A stretch of 64,000 nucleotides of DNA, taken from assembly GCA_000004985.1 (NCBI GenBank), contig GG738864.1; one strand, given 5' to 3'. The stretch is from Naegleria gruberi (taxonomy: Eukaryota). A model generated the notes under the pieces. That model worked only from the letters and a program-made list of their open reading frames with translations. It had not been told where the DNA came from and did no database searches. This document shows positions 12,401-23,831 of the stretch, piece by piece. The translations under genes were made by a program, and so were the position numbers. Each line of letters begins with the position of its first letter. The stretch's first letter is position 1.

Positions 12401-14569
12401 CTCATCAAATTATTGAAGGACAAGGTTATTGTTATCAATTGGGTTGATTGCCTCATTGACCATCAATCTTCAAAGCTCTCCCAATTGGATGTTGAATCAT
12501 TGGTTCCATTCACAACGGTACAGGGCTCAATCAGTGCTGGTTATCTCATCAAGATACTTGTAGATTGTATTGAATCTTCTGTTGGATCTTCATTGGTTGA
12601 CCATTTCGCTCAACATGCCCTCGAAATGGCCACAAGAGAAACCAAGAACGTTGCTTTCATTCACAATTATTTGAGCATTTTCTACTTCTCTCTCCATCAA
12701 ACCAAGAGTGTCTCACTCACATCATCAGTTTTGTACAGAGTACTTCATTGTGCCTACGTATTCACAGAATCATCAGATACAAACTCAACACAAGCATCCC
12801 TGTCACTGGCTAATAGAGTATCCAATATTTCAAACAGTGAGGTTCTCACCGATTCAAAGATTCTTGCATTAGATGTTTTGCACTTGATTATTAGCAGAAG
12901 CTCCGCCTTGGACTACAAACATGTATTCTGGTACCTTGTTTCCCTTCTCACAGCAACAAATGCAAACGCCAATAATGAGTATGTTGCTGCTATTGTTGAT
13001 TGTTTGTATGTTCTCAAGGATAATGAAGCCTGCTTCTTAAAGTACTTCTTAGTTGATAATGAAAAAGTTGTAAAGACTGAATTGGACAGATACATTGCTG
13101 ATAGAAGCTGGAGAGGTTTAATCTATATTTTGGCTGAACAAATACCAAATAAGGTTGTGCAACAAAAGGTTTTGGACTTGATCTTAATCTTTATGAAGGC
13201 AAATCCTTCCCACATGCTTGATGACGTTCCAGATAGAAAGCTCTTTACTATTCTCATATCACTCATGCCATACTTTATTTGTGAATTGGATAGTCTTGTT
13301 TGTCAAAATCTCATCAAGTGTATGAGAGAAGAATTGTCAAGCCCTCTCTTTGATTGTTTCACCAAGCTTGAAACTATTTCTCCTATCGATTTCTCTAACA
13401 AAGTTTGTTCAGAACTGGTAAAATTCTTTGTCAATGTAGAATATGCTATTCATGCTGCTGATGTTTTGACAAACATGTACTTGACAAGTACATCAAGACT
13501 TAGAGATTCTATTCTCCTCCTTGTATCTTCTCTGGTCAGATATTCACCAAAAGAAGCTAATGCATTTGCCTTGCTCTACAAGTTGGCAATTACTTCAGAT
13601 ACATCTGTTGCCAGCTCATTCCTTTCTGAGGTTTTGAATCCTGCTGTGAAAGACTTTAAGCAATTACTCAAGTACAACTCTGAAGATGTTCAAAGATTGA
13701 ATGATATTTGCAAATATACTCCAAAGGCCATTGTTGATGGTACCCAACAAAAGGTTTTGTGTAATAGATTGAAGATACTCGTTGAGGAGTCCTACGGTCT
13801 CAGTAACAAGAATGACAGACCAAAAGTTCTCTCTATCAAACCAACCTCTGCTCGTAAAGTCTCTAACCCTGCAGTTAGTGTTGCAACTACGTCATCAGCA
13901 TATGTTCCAAACACTCTTCCTATACAAACCCCAAGATTAATTTCTCCTTCTATCAATCCTCCTAGTAATGTTTCTGATAATTCTCATAACCCAACTATCC
14001 CTACAAATATCCCTGTTATTATTCCAGAACATCACAATGTACCACCGCCAGTTGATTCTCATATTTCAATTCCCCTCCCAGATATTGTTCCAGAGAAAAT
14101 CTATTCTATTAGCATGCTTTCTAATCCACCTCCACAACCTTCCTCTTCCTCCTCTCCTTCTCTTGATAAGACTAATCGTATTCCTGATCTTGCTAATTTA
14201 TTATACAATGAAAGCTATGCCATGTATTTCAAGAACTTTGCACTCACCAAGTCAGATAATACTGAAGCACTCGATTTCTGTGTATCTGCCCTCAAGTATG
14301 AGAAGGCAACAGATTCCATTCAAAGAGCTGTATTTGCAAAGAGAATAGTCCAACAATATGTCAATCAAGAAAACTCCAATGTTTTGAATGACAATCAAAA
14401 GCAAGCAGTTCTTTCCAAGTATAGAGAGAATGTCATTAATCCATCCACTGATTTATTCTCTGAAATTGTGACAACAGTTCAAGCTCAATTATTAGATTTG
14501 TATCAACAATTTTTAGAAAGTTCTCACTGTTCTGAATTGAGTAACAAGATTAAGAATAACCTTATTTAA
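6423..14569 (+). CDS. very large (~2700 aa) alpha-helical protein, 2 exons (6423..6914, 6962..14569; 47-nt phase-0 intron 6915..6961); acidic/Ser-rich N-terminal exon; family unresolved (Furry/Mor2-like morphogenesis protein is one possibility)
   Basis: Track ORFs 6396..6950 (real ATG at 6423) and 6974..14569 are in frame across a GTAAGT...TTTTAG intron, giving ...KENP|HDVVMVLSPP.... The protein has Ser/Thr/Pro-rich linkers and no catalytic motif I recognise. Confidence 0.7.
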
Positions 14570-14633
14570 ATAAATTATTAATATATGTATTTTCTAGATA
14601 TCTTAGTTGTTTGAATTATGTACACTATTTGAT

Positions 14634-15109
14634 TCAGTTCACGACATAACTTGTCAGAAGGAGGTCGGTAATTTCCTTAAATTCCAATCTATCAATCATC
14701 CTTCTCAGCTCTTTCATAAAATTATCCAAGTCTTCCTTTGATTTGTTAAATCTTGCCTCAACATCCTTTGTAAAGACATCAATATCAATAATTTCCTCCT
14801 CACCAACAACCATTTTCAATTCTAGTTCCTTCCAATAATTCTTTTCATATCTCAATACTTTTAGTAATTTTAATTCTTCCGAGAGCATGTTGACATCCTT
14901 ATCAATTTCTTCCTCAATCAATTTTGTATGAATATTTGTTTGATCGACAAGTTTTTCAATACTATGTAAACGTTCCGATATCCATCAACAAATTGCTAAA
15001 TTACCTACATTTGTACTGTATTTGAATTTCCTTCTTGTTGAGCGTCCATCACTTCCTTCTCCAATCTCAGTTGAATCTTTTTAAATTCCTCCTTAACATA
15101 TAATTTCAT
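14634..15109 (-). CDS. small coiled-coil protein (~142 aa), 2 exons (15109..15009, 14961..14634; 47-nt intron with GTAGGT donor)
   Basis: Track ORF 14634..14921 extends upstream through the intron 14962..15008 to MKLYVKEEFKKIQLRLEKEVMDAQQEGNSNTVQ. It has a heptad-like charge pattern. A further 5' exon around 15162-15235 is possible but I could not resolve the frame. Confidence 0.45.
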
Positions 15110-15311
15110 TTCCTTTTGTTTGGCCACAAGGTTTTTTATTTGTTGCTCCAATACTATATTTGCCTCAATATAAAATCATGATAATCAGCAGAGAGAACCT
15201 ACCCGAAAGCTCAAAATTGGAGAAGATTCTTTCATACATTTTTTTCTTATTAAAAGTTTTGTAGTAAGAGAGTTGAATAAATATGTTGTTATTGTATTAT
15301 TATTTACATTC

Positions 15312-15876
15312 TCAATCCTTCTTAACTTCTTCCGATGATGATTCAATCTTCTTTTCGTCAGCATCTTGTTGTTGTTGGTAGGTTGTGTACTTGTCGGATC
15401 TTCCTAATGATTTGCCAACTGGATACTTGAGAGCATTCTTCTTCATTTTCTGTTTAATAAAATCATCATCAATTATCCAATAATTTAAAATGTATATCAA
15501 TGTTCAAATTAATTAGTAATATATTCAATGTAATATAAATATTATTAATTAAATACTTTAATCAAAAACAAACCTCAAAAGCAACTTCAGGCAAATTAAC
15601 ACCACACAAATCAGACAATCTCAACAAGTAGAATAAACAATCCGATAATTCATCTTGTAAATTTTCCTTCTCTTTATCAGAAAAGTCTCGCTGCACATCT
15701 TCACACATTTGATCCGATTTCCATTGGAAAATTTCAGCCAACTCACCAATCTCACCTACCAATGCGAGAGTTACATTACGAGGGGTGTGATACTTTTTCC
15801 ACTCTCTCTCGTTTATGAAATCTTCGTGTAGTTTTCTCAACTCTTCTAAAGTAATGTTTGGATTAAATGGCGCCAT
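15312..15876 (-). CDS. dCTP pyrophosphatase 1-like (MazG-type all-alpha NTP pyrophosphohydrolase), 2 exons (15876..15574, 15449..15312)
   Basis: Exon 1 (...RNVTLALVGEIGELAEIFQWK...ELSDCLFYLLRLSDLCGVNLPEVAFE) aligns with DCTPP1 (LLALVGEVGELAELFQWK / ELSDVLIYLV). A 124-nt intron with a GTTTGT donor splices to KMKKNALKYPVGKSLGRSDKYTTY, which matches the DCTPP1 C-terminus (KMDINRRRYPAHLARSSSRKYTE). Confidence 0.7.
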
Positions 15877-15898
15877 TTTATTTTTTAAATTTTTAAAA

Positions 15899-17077
15899 AT
15901 GCAAAAAGTGAAACAACATTTATTGGCGGCAAATCAATTCTTTGGTAAAAAGAGGCTTTTTAATGCATCTTTAATTAATTGCTCTGCTTCTTTAAATTAT
16001 TATTTATTTATTAATGATTCAAAGTACCAATATAACAGACAATATTCTAACAACATTGAAAAATCATGTGATTGTCAAATAGAAAAACATTCTCTCTTCG
16101 GAAGGGAAATATTCATTGCACAAGATGTTATTGGGAATGATGAGTTTTCAAAGTATGTGAGTGGAAACAAGTGGAGAAAGTTGCAATTTCTCATCAATCC
16201 AAGTGATGTTGAATATTTAACACAACAAATTAGGGAAATTCATTCGTATGGTTCTTTACAATCGAATGCCATGTTATCGATGGCTTATTTGTGTTTATTG
16301 AATGGATGGAAATTTAAATATCATGTCGACAGGAGTTTGGAATATATTGAGGATCAAGTGAATATTAGAAAGGTTGGGAATTTGTTTGAAACTGTCAAGT
16401 TGAGGGAGAGAGGTTTAGATTTGGAATTTATAGACTCGAGGGATTGTTATGAGAAATTGAAGGACGATTTCACACAGAGGTGTATTTTGAATGAAACTAT
16501 TCAGAATGATGGAATTTTATATGTGAGGGAGGGAGTAGCTCAGAAAGAAGCAGAATTTGGTTACGCTTTACTAGCTAGAGAAATATTTGAAAAGATGGCA
16601 GACAATACTCATTTGAATGTTTTTCTTCCTTCAGGTAAGTTTTTATTGAAATGCTACAAGTGAGACTATGAAATAATTTGAGAAGGAACTGGAACATCTG
16701 CTCTCTTTCTTTGTAAACACTTGAAAAAGTTAGCACCTAACAAATTTACTGTATATACCACAAATTGTGTTGGAAATGAGGAGTATTTAAAAAAGCAATT
16801 TCTTGAATTGGAAAGTGATGTAAGCATGCATCCCAAAATTATTAGCACCCGAAAGAATTATCGTTATGGACAATTATATCCTGAAATTTATCAAATTATT
16901 GAGGAGGTGAAACAACAGACAGGTATTCAATTTGATTACCTTTATGATGGTAAAGGATTATTGACAGTTAAAGAATACCTTGTCTCATCTAAATCACCAC
17001 CACTCTTGTACATTCACTCTGGTGGTCTTATTGGAAATGAAACAATGAGAGAACGTTATCAAACATCTACAAAATAA
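15899..17077 (+). CDS. ACC deaminase / D-cysteine desulfhydrase-family PLP enzyme (~375 aa), 2 exons (15899..16634, 16686..17077)
   Basis: The signature YVSGNKWRKL (GNKxRKL, PLP-Lys) is present. A 51-nt GTAAGT...AAG intron joins ...FLPSG|TGTSALFL, a Gly-rich PLP phosphate loop. The true ATG is at 15899, only ~22 bp from the divergent DCTPP1 start codon. Confidence 0.7.
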
Positions 17078-17118
17078 TACATGCTTCATTTACTATAATT
17101 TTTTATTAAGCTAGCTAA

Positions 17119-19110
17119 CTAGTATTGCATCATTACAAGAGTGACAGCAGAGTACATTGTAACAAGAGCTGTAACAGACTTTACAATAGCTCTATCATAT
17201 GAGTTTGAGGCACTACTACAGAAAAAGACACCAAAGAAACATGGACCCTTGCTGGTGTGAGGCTTTTGAGGTTCAGTGGTTGTGCCTTCCTCTGTTGTAC
17301 CTCCGTCTTCAACAAATGAACCATTGATGGCATAATTGGTTGTCTTGATAATCTTATTCTTGCAAAGAATTTCATATCCATTAATTGGACACTTGACATA
17401 GCCAGTGTAGGTTGCAGGCATGTTAGTTTTAGTTTCAGCTGATTGATCAGATGGACAACTGAACTTGGTTGTTCCAACATAGAATCCAAGAACACCATCA
17501 TCACATGAAATTCTCAAACATCTAGAATCCTTAGTCTTTTGACTTGATAAGATTCTCACAATATTTGCATCAAAACAAGCAGAAGATTCTCCAAATACTT
17601 CAGCTTCATATTTTGATGTATAACCAGTGACACAATCACCCTCTGCATATGAAGAAACAATAGGACAATAATCCATCAAGGCATCTGAACCACCTGCTTT
17701 TGGACTTCCTGGAACATGTTCATAATAACCCATGGAAGAGACATACGTATTAAGGGAACAATAACCCTTCTTTTTCAAATCAAATGTACATGTTGAAATG
17801 GATGGATCATCAGTACAGTAATAACCTGGTCTATCAGTTACTGACCAATCTTCACATCTTCCATCGGCCATTGGACATCCCATTCCCTTGCCCCATAATA
17901 GAGGTTCAGAGTGACTAAAGTTTCCTCTATACCATCCAGAATCTTCCAAAAAGGCAATAGTGAAACTACTCATAACTAATTCACCACTCACACTACCAAC
18001 CATAAGCTCATTCTTCATAATTCTCTTTTCCCAGTGAGAAAATGCTGTTCCTGAACCACCTCCTTCTTCAAATTGAACACCATCCAATGTTGGACATCCA
18101 TAGTATTTTCTGGCAATGTCCAATACTTTTGGAGTTTTAATCTTCATCACTGAAGCAGTTTTAACAGATCCAGTACTATCTGTAAACTTTTTAGTTTCCA
18201 TAGAGTAAACAGATGAAGCAGGTGTTACCTTTGTGGTATTTCTATCATAGAAATAGTTCAAAAATGTTTGAGAAAATCCAAGAGCATGCAAAGATTCGTG
18301 TCTGGCGACAGAAATCTTTTCCTTGAGTGTATAACTGATAAGTCTAGGTGATAAATTGAGTTGTCCTGCAATAGGTCTATTATTATCAGCTGATGAAACG
18401 CAAGCAACAGCCCATCCCAAAACGCCTTCTTGAGTCGGTCTAGTAGTAACAAAGATGACAACATCTGTATTCTTTCCATCAAATCCTGATTGTTTGATAT
18501 CATCTGGAATTGGAACGCCTCCTCTCGGTCCACATCTTGAAATACCTCTGAATGCAGTTGTATAGTCACCATCTTGAACAGTTCTAGTTTGAGCCATAAG
18601 GTAAAAGTCCTCTCTAACACTAGGAATCAAATCATTCTTGATAATGTTAACAAAATCAGTGGTAGGAACATCAGCACTTGTACATTGTCTCCAGCAATTT
18701 TGACTTGTTGCAGAGGCGCACAATGGTGTTCCAGGAAGATTTGTAGGAGTATCCACACCTTCCCAATAATAAGCACCTACTGAGGCACAACTTCTTTGTT
18801 CAACATCCTTACTGGCCAAATAATCATATCTAAAGGTAACTCTGAGATTGGACCAAATTTCAGCACTTAATGATCTCTTTAGGTTTTTCCCTTGTGAGGC
18901 ATGACTTTGTGCTATTTGACTAAATACACTTCTCGGATGATATCTATTATTCAATTCTTGTTCCATAATTTCATCATGAATACACTTGTGAGGTAAAGCT
19001 CCCTCTTCATCATGATCATGATGTTTATGTGCTAACGTTATGGAGTTATTCAAAACTAATACAACCATGAAAATAAGAACCAAGAGGTTCCTTAATATTA
19101 TAATCTTCAT
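17119..19110 (-). CDS. leishmanolysin (GP63) family M8 zinc metallopeptidase, single exon, signal peptide and C-terminal hydrophobic tail (GPI/TM)
   Basis: It has the HExxH zinc site (ARHESLHALGF) and a HKCIHDE N-terminal motif typical of leishmanolysins. It also has many conserved Cys, an N-terminal signal and a C-terminal hydrophobic stretch. The track ORF starts at a GTG. The real ATG is the next codon. Confidence 0.85.
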   Translation of the reverse strand: MKIIILRNLLVLIFMVVLVLNNSITLAHKHHDHDEEGALPHKCIHDEIMEQELNNRYHPRSVFSQIAQSHASQGKNLKRSLSAEIWSNLRVTFRYDYLASKDVEQRSCASVGAYYWEGVDTPTNLPGTPLCASATSQNCWRQCTSADVPTTDFVNIIKNDLIPSVREDFYLMAQTRTVQDGDYTTAFRGISRCGPRGGVPIPDDIKQSGFDGKNTDVVIFVTTRPTQEGVLGWAVACVSSADNNRPIAGQLNLSPRLISYTLKEKISVARHESLHALGFSQTFLNYFYDRNTTKVTPASSVYSMETKKFTDSTGSVKTASVMKIKTPKVLDIARKYYGCPTLDGVQFEEGGGSGTAFSHWEKRIMKNELMVGSVSGELVMSSFTIAFLEDSGWYRGNFSHSEPLLWGKGMGCPMADGRCEDWSVTDRPGYYCTDDPSISTCTFDLKKKGYCSLNTYVSSMGYYEHVPGSPKAGGSDALMDYCPIVSSYAEGDCVTGYTSKYEAEVFGESSACFDANIVRILSSQKTKDSRCLRISCDDGVLGFYVGTTKFSCPSDQSAETKTNMPATYTGYVKCPINGYEILCKNKIIKTTNYAINGSFVEDGGTTEEGTTTEPQKPHTSKGPCFFGVFFCSSASNSYDRAIVKSVTALVTMYSAVTLVMMQY

Positions 19111-19497
19111 CACTCAATAAAGTATATACAAAATAAATTAATTTTTATATTAAGCGTCGTGTATCGTCGATGGTGTGATGTAATATGATGATTTCCAAGT
19201 AAAAACAACAACAATAACAATTTAACGCTCTCTCTGTTGAATCTTTTTGGAAGGTTTTCTCGCCAATCTAATTTTTTTTATTGAATAAAACGTTATATTC
19301 CCTTAAAAGGCGACTGTTGAGAGTGTTGATATTCGTTCATGTTTAAGGCGCCAAAAGAAACAAAGGAAATCATGACCCTTAAATTAGAAGACTACCGAGG
19401 AAACCCTGACACATATTTGTAATTTCGCTCTCTGTTTTAACAGATTTATTAGGAAAGGGTTATTTTGGCATTAGTATGAATGCTTCAGTTGATTCAC

Positions 19498-22400
19498 CTA
19501 AGCATGCTTTTCAATTTGAACATGCTCTTCTATTTGATTATCATCAAACACGCCCAAACTATCATAATGCTTGAAGAATTCATTCGTGTACTTGAGACAT
19601 GATGTTTCCACAAGGGAGAGAACACTGCTGTTTCTTGATACATGGTTTGCCTTGTCACTTTCAAGTGTTTTGGTGTGAAAACGTTGCTTCTTGAGTGAGA
19701 ACAATGCCAATTCATAAGGAGATACAACCAATTGGTCTTGTTCATATGCCTCCTCTATTTCAATAAGTGGATAATCTTGTCTATACTCTTTAAGAAATGC
19801 TTGCAAGTTCTTCAAACAATTCGAATCATATCTCATCAATTCCTTATCCAATCTTCTCTTCTCATTGCTTTCATTCTCTTGAATTGATTGAACTGAATAA
19901 TCATCTCTCAATAGAATAAATTTATCACCGCTTGCCATCAACATTAAATGAAGAAAGTTCAATTCTTTCATGTAAATATTCTGTGTAAATTGCCTGTTCA
20001 CACAAAGTTTGAATTCTGGAGATTGTTTCATCAATCGAACAAGTTCAAACCAGCCAATTGAGAAGAGATCAAATTCTGGAGAATCTTGGTTCAGATTTTG
20101 TTCAGATCTTTCAAGGAATAGACATTGAAGTAAAATGTAAATTAGGCACGTGTAAATTTCTCTTCTGATTTGTTGGTCTTCTGTTTCGTGAACATTAGTT
20201 TCATCTTCAGGTGGAAGAAAATCAGAAGAATCAACACTTCTTGGAGAATTACATTCTTCGTTTGATTCCACAGTGGACAATTCAGTTTCTAATAAAGAAA
20301 GTAAACTTTGAGAAATAACTGGAAGTATTCTACATGCCTCATTCTTCAAATTATCCAATTCCAATTTCTCATCTTGCATTATACCAGTATTATCGTCCAA
20401 ATAGTTTAGGATAAATTTGTGAAGAATCATTAAAAGAATAGGAGGTGCATCGTTTTCCATGAAAATTTCACGATAACTGAATTTCCATCTATCAATTTGA
20501 ATATTATCAAGGAATTCATTTGATTTGAAGGAGACATCGAATGGTTTCTTATCGTTTTTAGAAGAAACTTGATCGTCACTATTCGATTCTTCCATTAATT
20601 GACCATCATTACTTGAATAGTGTATTTTCCTGGAAGAAACATTCATCAACTTGAGAATTTGTCTTCCCAATTCTAAATTCCTGTAAAATCTTGAACTTTT
20701 CACAATTGTCATTGGAAGAAGTCTTTCTAATCTATTACAATTATTCAAGCAACTTGTTAGACAGTCATTTTCTAAAAGGAAAGTCAATAAGAAGGAAGAA
20801 TCCTTGGCTATTTGTATACACATTGTTTCTTCATCATTATTCGAAAGACTTTTCAATGAATCGGATAAGAAACAATTCAAATCATAAACAGTACTTTGAT
20901 TCCAATTCAACTTTTCAACCGATTCACTCAAACATAAAATTAAACTAAATGCAAATGAAGTTGAACCCAAGCAATTTTTCAAAATTTCACTTTCCTTTTC
21001 CATTGTTAACTCCACTTTCTTATTCGAAACTTTGTAAACTTCTGGATTAAACATTCTTCCCGCCATTTCCATAAAGAATTCCAACAAGCATTGAATATAA
21101 TCCTTAAACGAATCAAAATGTTTCAATGTCAATCTCAACAATTCAGTCATCACTTGAATTGTGTTAAATTCTGTCAAAATCAAAATTATCAAACTTTGAT
21201 ATTTTGAAAGTTTACAAAGAGTTGTAATGGAGTTTACAATATTACAACTAGTTTCGTGAGAGTTGTATAGGGAAATGGATTTGAAATGTCTTACTTGTGT
21301 TAGAATTTCCAAATCGGATTGAAGTTTTCTTGTGGAAAGTTTTAACATTTCGGCAACATTCAATGGAGAAAGGTCAATAATTTCGTTTGGAGGAAATGAG
21401 TGGATAATCTCAAGATGCTTGTATAATCTTTGATATCCTTTGAATTTGGAACAGTTTAAATCACTGTAGAGTCTTGTCAAAAGTGAAGGAATTTGATATC
21501 CTAAATAGTAAGAACTATTCGAAAGGATATTAGAAAAGAATGGAAAGACTTGCTTACTTACTGTTCGAAAATGATATTCTCTAAATCAACAATTAGTTGG
21601 CTATTGTCAAATTCTTCAATAATTGGAGAAATTAGAGACTTGGATAATTCTTCCAATTTGTTCGAAAGTTTCTTTCTATACGATTCACACTTGTAAATGG
21701 AACACAAAGCAAGACATGAATATCCCATAGTAATAATAGTTTCCAATCTATTCTTAACTGTTTGTTCTTCCATTTTAAGTTGAATATCCTTTCGAATACT
21801 ATGTTTCGTATTACCATCTTTCAAAGCTTGACACCTTTCGAATATTTCTTGATGTTCTTTAGCCTGTTCTTCCAACTGTTCAACTTCCTTTTCTAATAAA
21901 TCCAATTCTCTCAATTCTCTAGAAGGATCTTTCTTGATCGCAAAGAGCTTTCGTTTCGGTGTTGTTTCTCCATGTTTCGTTTTTCGTTGTTTTTCAGTTT
22001 TTGGAGAATTTACCTTCTTTTCCTGATTACTATTTCTAATAGGGCTGTCAAATATTTTACATTCCTCTTCGAAAGAAACTTGTCTCAAATATTCGATTGG
22101 AATTTCACAAACTCCATCGTTATCAAACTTGTTCAATATCAGTTCTTTCAATTCGAATATTTCAGGTTGGTTTCTACTCAACAGTTGACACAATTTTGAA
22201 ACATTTTGCTCGTTTCCATCCAAGCAGAAAACATAGGATAATGGTGGTTTGGAAAAAACCGAAACCATATTCGAATCTTGACTCATACTTTTACAATGAT
22301 CCAATTCCTTCTTTACATTTCTCACCATTTCATGCATTTGGAAGGAAGTCAATAAATTTTCAAAGCTTTCTGAAAATTCATGACCAAATCTTGTGAATGA

Positions 22401-23759
22401 GCTTTTCAAATCTTTATACGAAACTTCAAGTGAACGATTCTTCTTTCTTTCCTTAAATTGACTAAATTTTTCTTTCAAATTCTGATTTACCAATTCATTT
22501 TCTCTCAAATGATTAGAACACAACTCGATAATCGTAAATGGTTTTTCAATTACCAAATCTTGTGGAATTTCCTTGAATTCATGTTCGTGATGGTCGAAAC
22601 CTCTGACTTTATGGAGATACGAAACAAGATATTCATTACAAATAGTTTGAAAGTAGAGAAATAAATCTTGGTAGAGTTGATTGATTTGGTGAGTGATGAA
22701 AGTTGGTTTTTCCTCTTGTGGAATTTCAGACGAAAGTAGTTCCAAGTAATTTTCTAACAAACTTTCTAATAAACAGTCGCAGTTGATGGGATCTCTGGAG
22801 AGGTATTGATCCAAATTGAACATCATTGTCTTGAATTGTTCAAAATTTTCTTGTTGATTCTCGAAAATTCTCTTTACACATTTGGAAAATTCATCTCCAA
22901 AACTTTCCATTTCTAGAAATAGCTCAAATATCTTTGTTCTTCTAGATTTCAAATTTTTATATTCTAATATTTGAGAATCTTCACAATTGTCCAATAAATT
23001 CTCAATTGGTTCATAATGAATATTAACATATCTCAAAATCTCTTTCATAAATGTTGGAGCTTTAGATTGATAATCGTGAGTTAATTTCACATACGGAGTT
23101 GACTGGAACGAGGTCGATCTATTAGCCAACCAATCATTCTCTCCACATCTTATCCAAAACAATGCCAACACTTCCTTTACCATATTAACTTCATTCAGAA
23201 ATTCGACACGTTTCGAATTATTCAACAGGAGACGACTCTTCATCATTTGAAACAATGAAGATTTGTAATTTGTTCTATCATGCCCATACTCCCCTTCCTG
23301 AATCATTGAATTGCTAATAACAATTGGACTCGGATTCGAACTCTGACTCCATTGAGAAAAAGAATCCAAATCCTTAAAGTACCGCAAGTGGAAGGATGAA
23401 GAGTTTTGATTGGGAGAAGTTGGTGAGACACTTCCCTCAATGATTGTATTCCTAAAGATATTCCTCTCGATAATGAGATGAGAGAGTTTCAATTGTTGAA
23501 AGCATTGGCAGAGAAATTGATCGGAGCTTAATTTTGGACTTGTTGTTTGCGGGGAAGAAATATTGAGGGACGTGTTGATGATATTGGGAGGAGAGGATTC
23601 TTCTAGGGTGATTTTGTTGGATGGTGTTGATTGTGAAGGTGTGGGTTTTCTTGAGGGGAGTGAAAATGTTTTCATTCTTTTTTTTAATAGTAATAAAACA
23701 GGAAATTTCCAAAATAGCTGTTTTATAAACTGTTGTATTTTCCATAGATGAATGAACAT
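19498..23759 (-). CDS. large hypothetical protein (~1400 aa), 2 exons (23759..21562, 21514..19498) joined by a 47-nt GTAAGT...AATAG intron
   Basis: Track ORFs 21558..23759 and 19498..21480 (TTG pseudo-start) are contiguous in frame across the intron, giving ...ENIIFEH|SYYLGYQIPSLLTRLYSD.... The N-terminus is Ser/Pro-rich and a coiled-coil lies around residues 770-820. No family recognised. Confidence 0.55.
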
Positions 23760-23831
23760 TTCAATTCCACATTAATTGAATCGTTTTGAGGATAAGAAGA
23801 TAATCGAACAAATTAACCAAAGGTGAGCAAT

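Noticed and set aside
15815-15898. Upstream extension of the ACC-deaminase-like ORF (start 15815) overlapping the DCTPP1-like gene
   Set aside because: The extension would overlap the divergent gene's coding exon. The first ATG (15899) with an A-rich context is used instead.
17181-18783. Track ORFs 17181..17504, 18258..18620 and 18574..18783 inside or antisense to the leishmanolysin gene
   Set aside because: They are shadow ORFs within or opposite a well-supported 664-aa coding region. They have no motifs or start context, so they are not called.
19498-21480. Treating track ORF 19498..21480 as an independent gene
   Set aside because: It begins at a non-ATG (TTG) and is joined in frame to 21558..23759 by a 47-nt canonical intron.
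21632-23751. Several 60-100-aa plus-strand ORFs (21972, 22097, 22458, 23563) and small minus ORFs inside gene D
   Set aside because: They are overlapped by a 1400-aa spliced ORF. No independent support.
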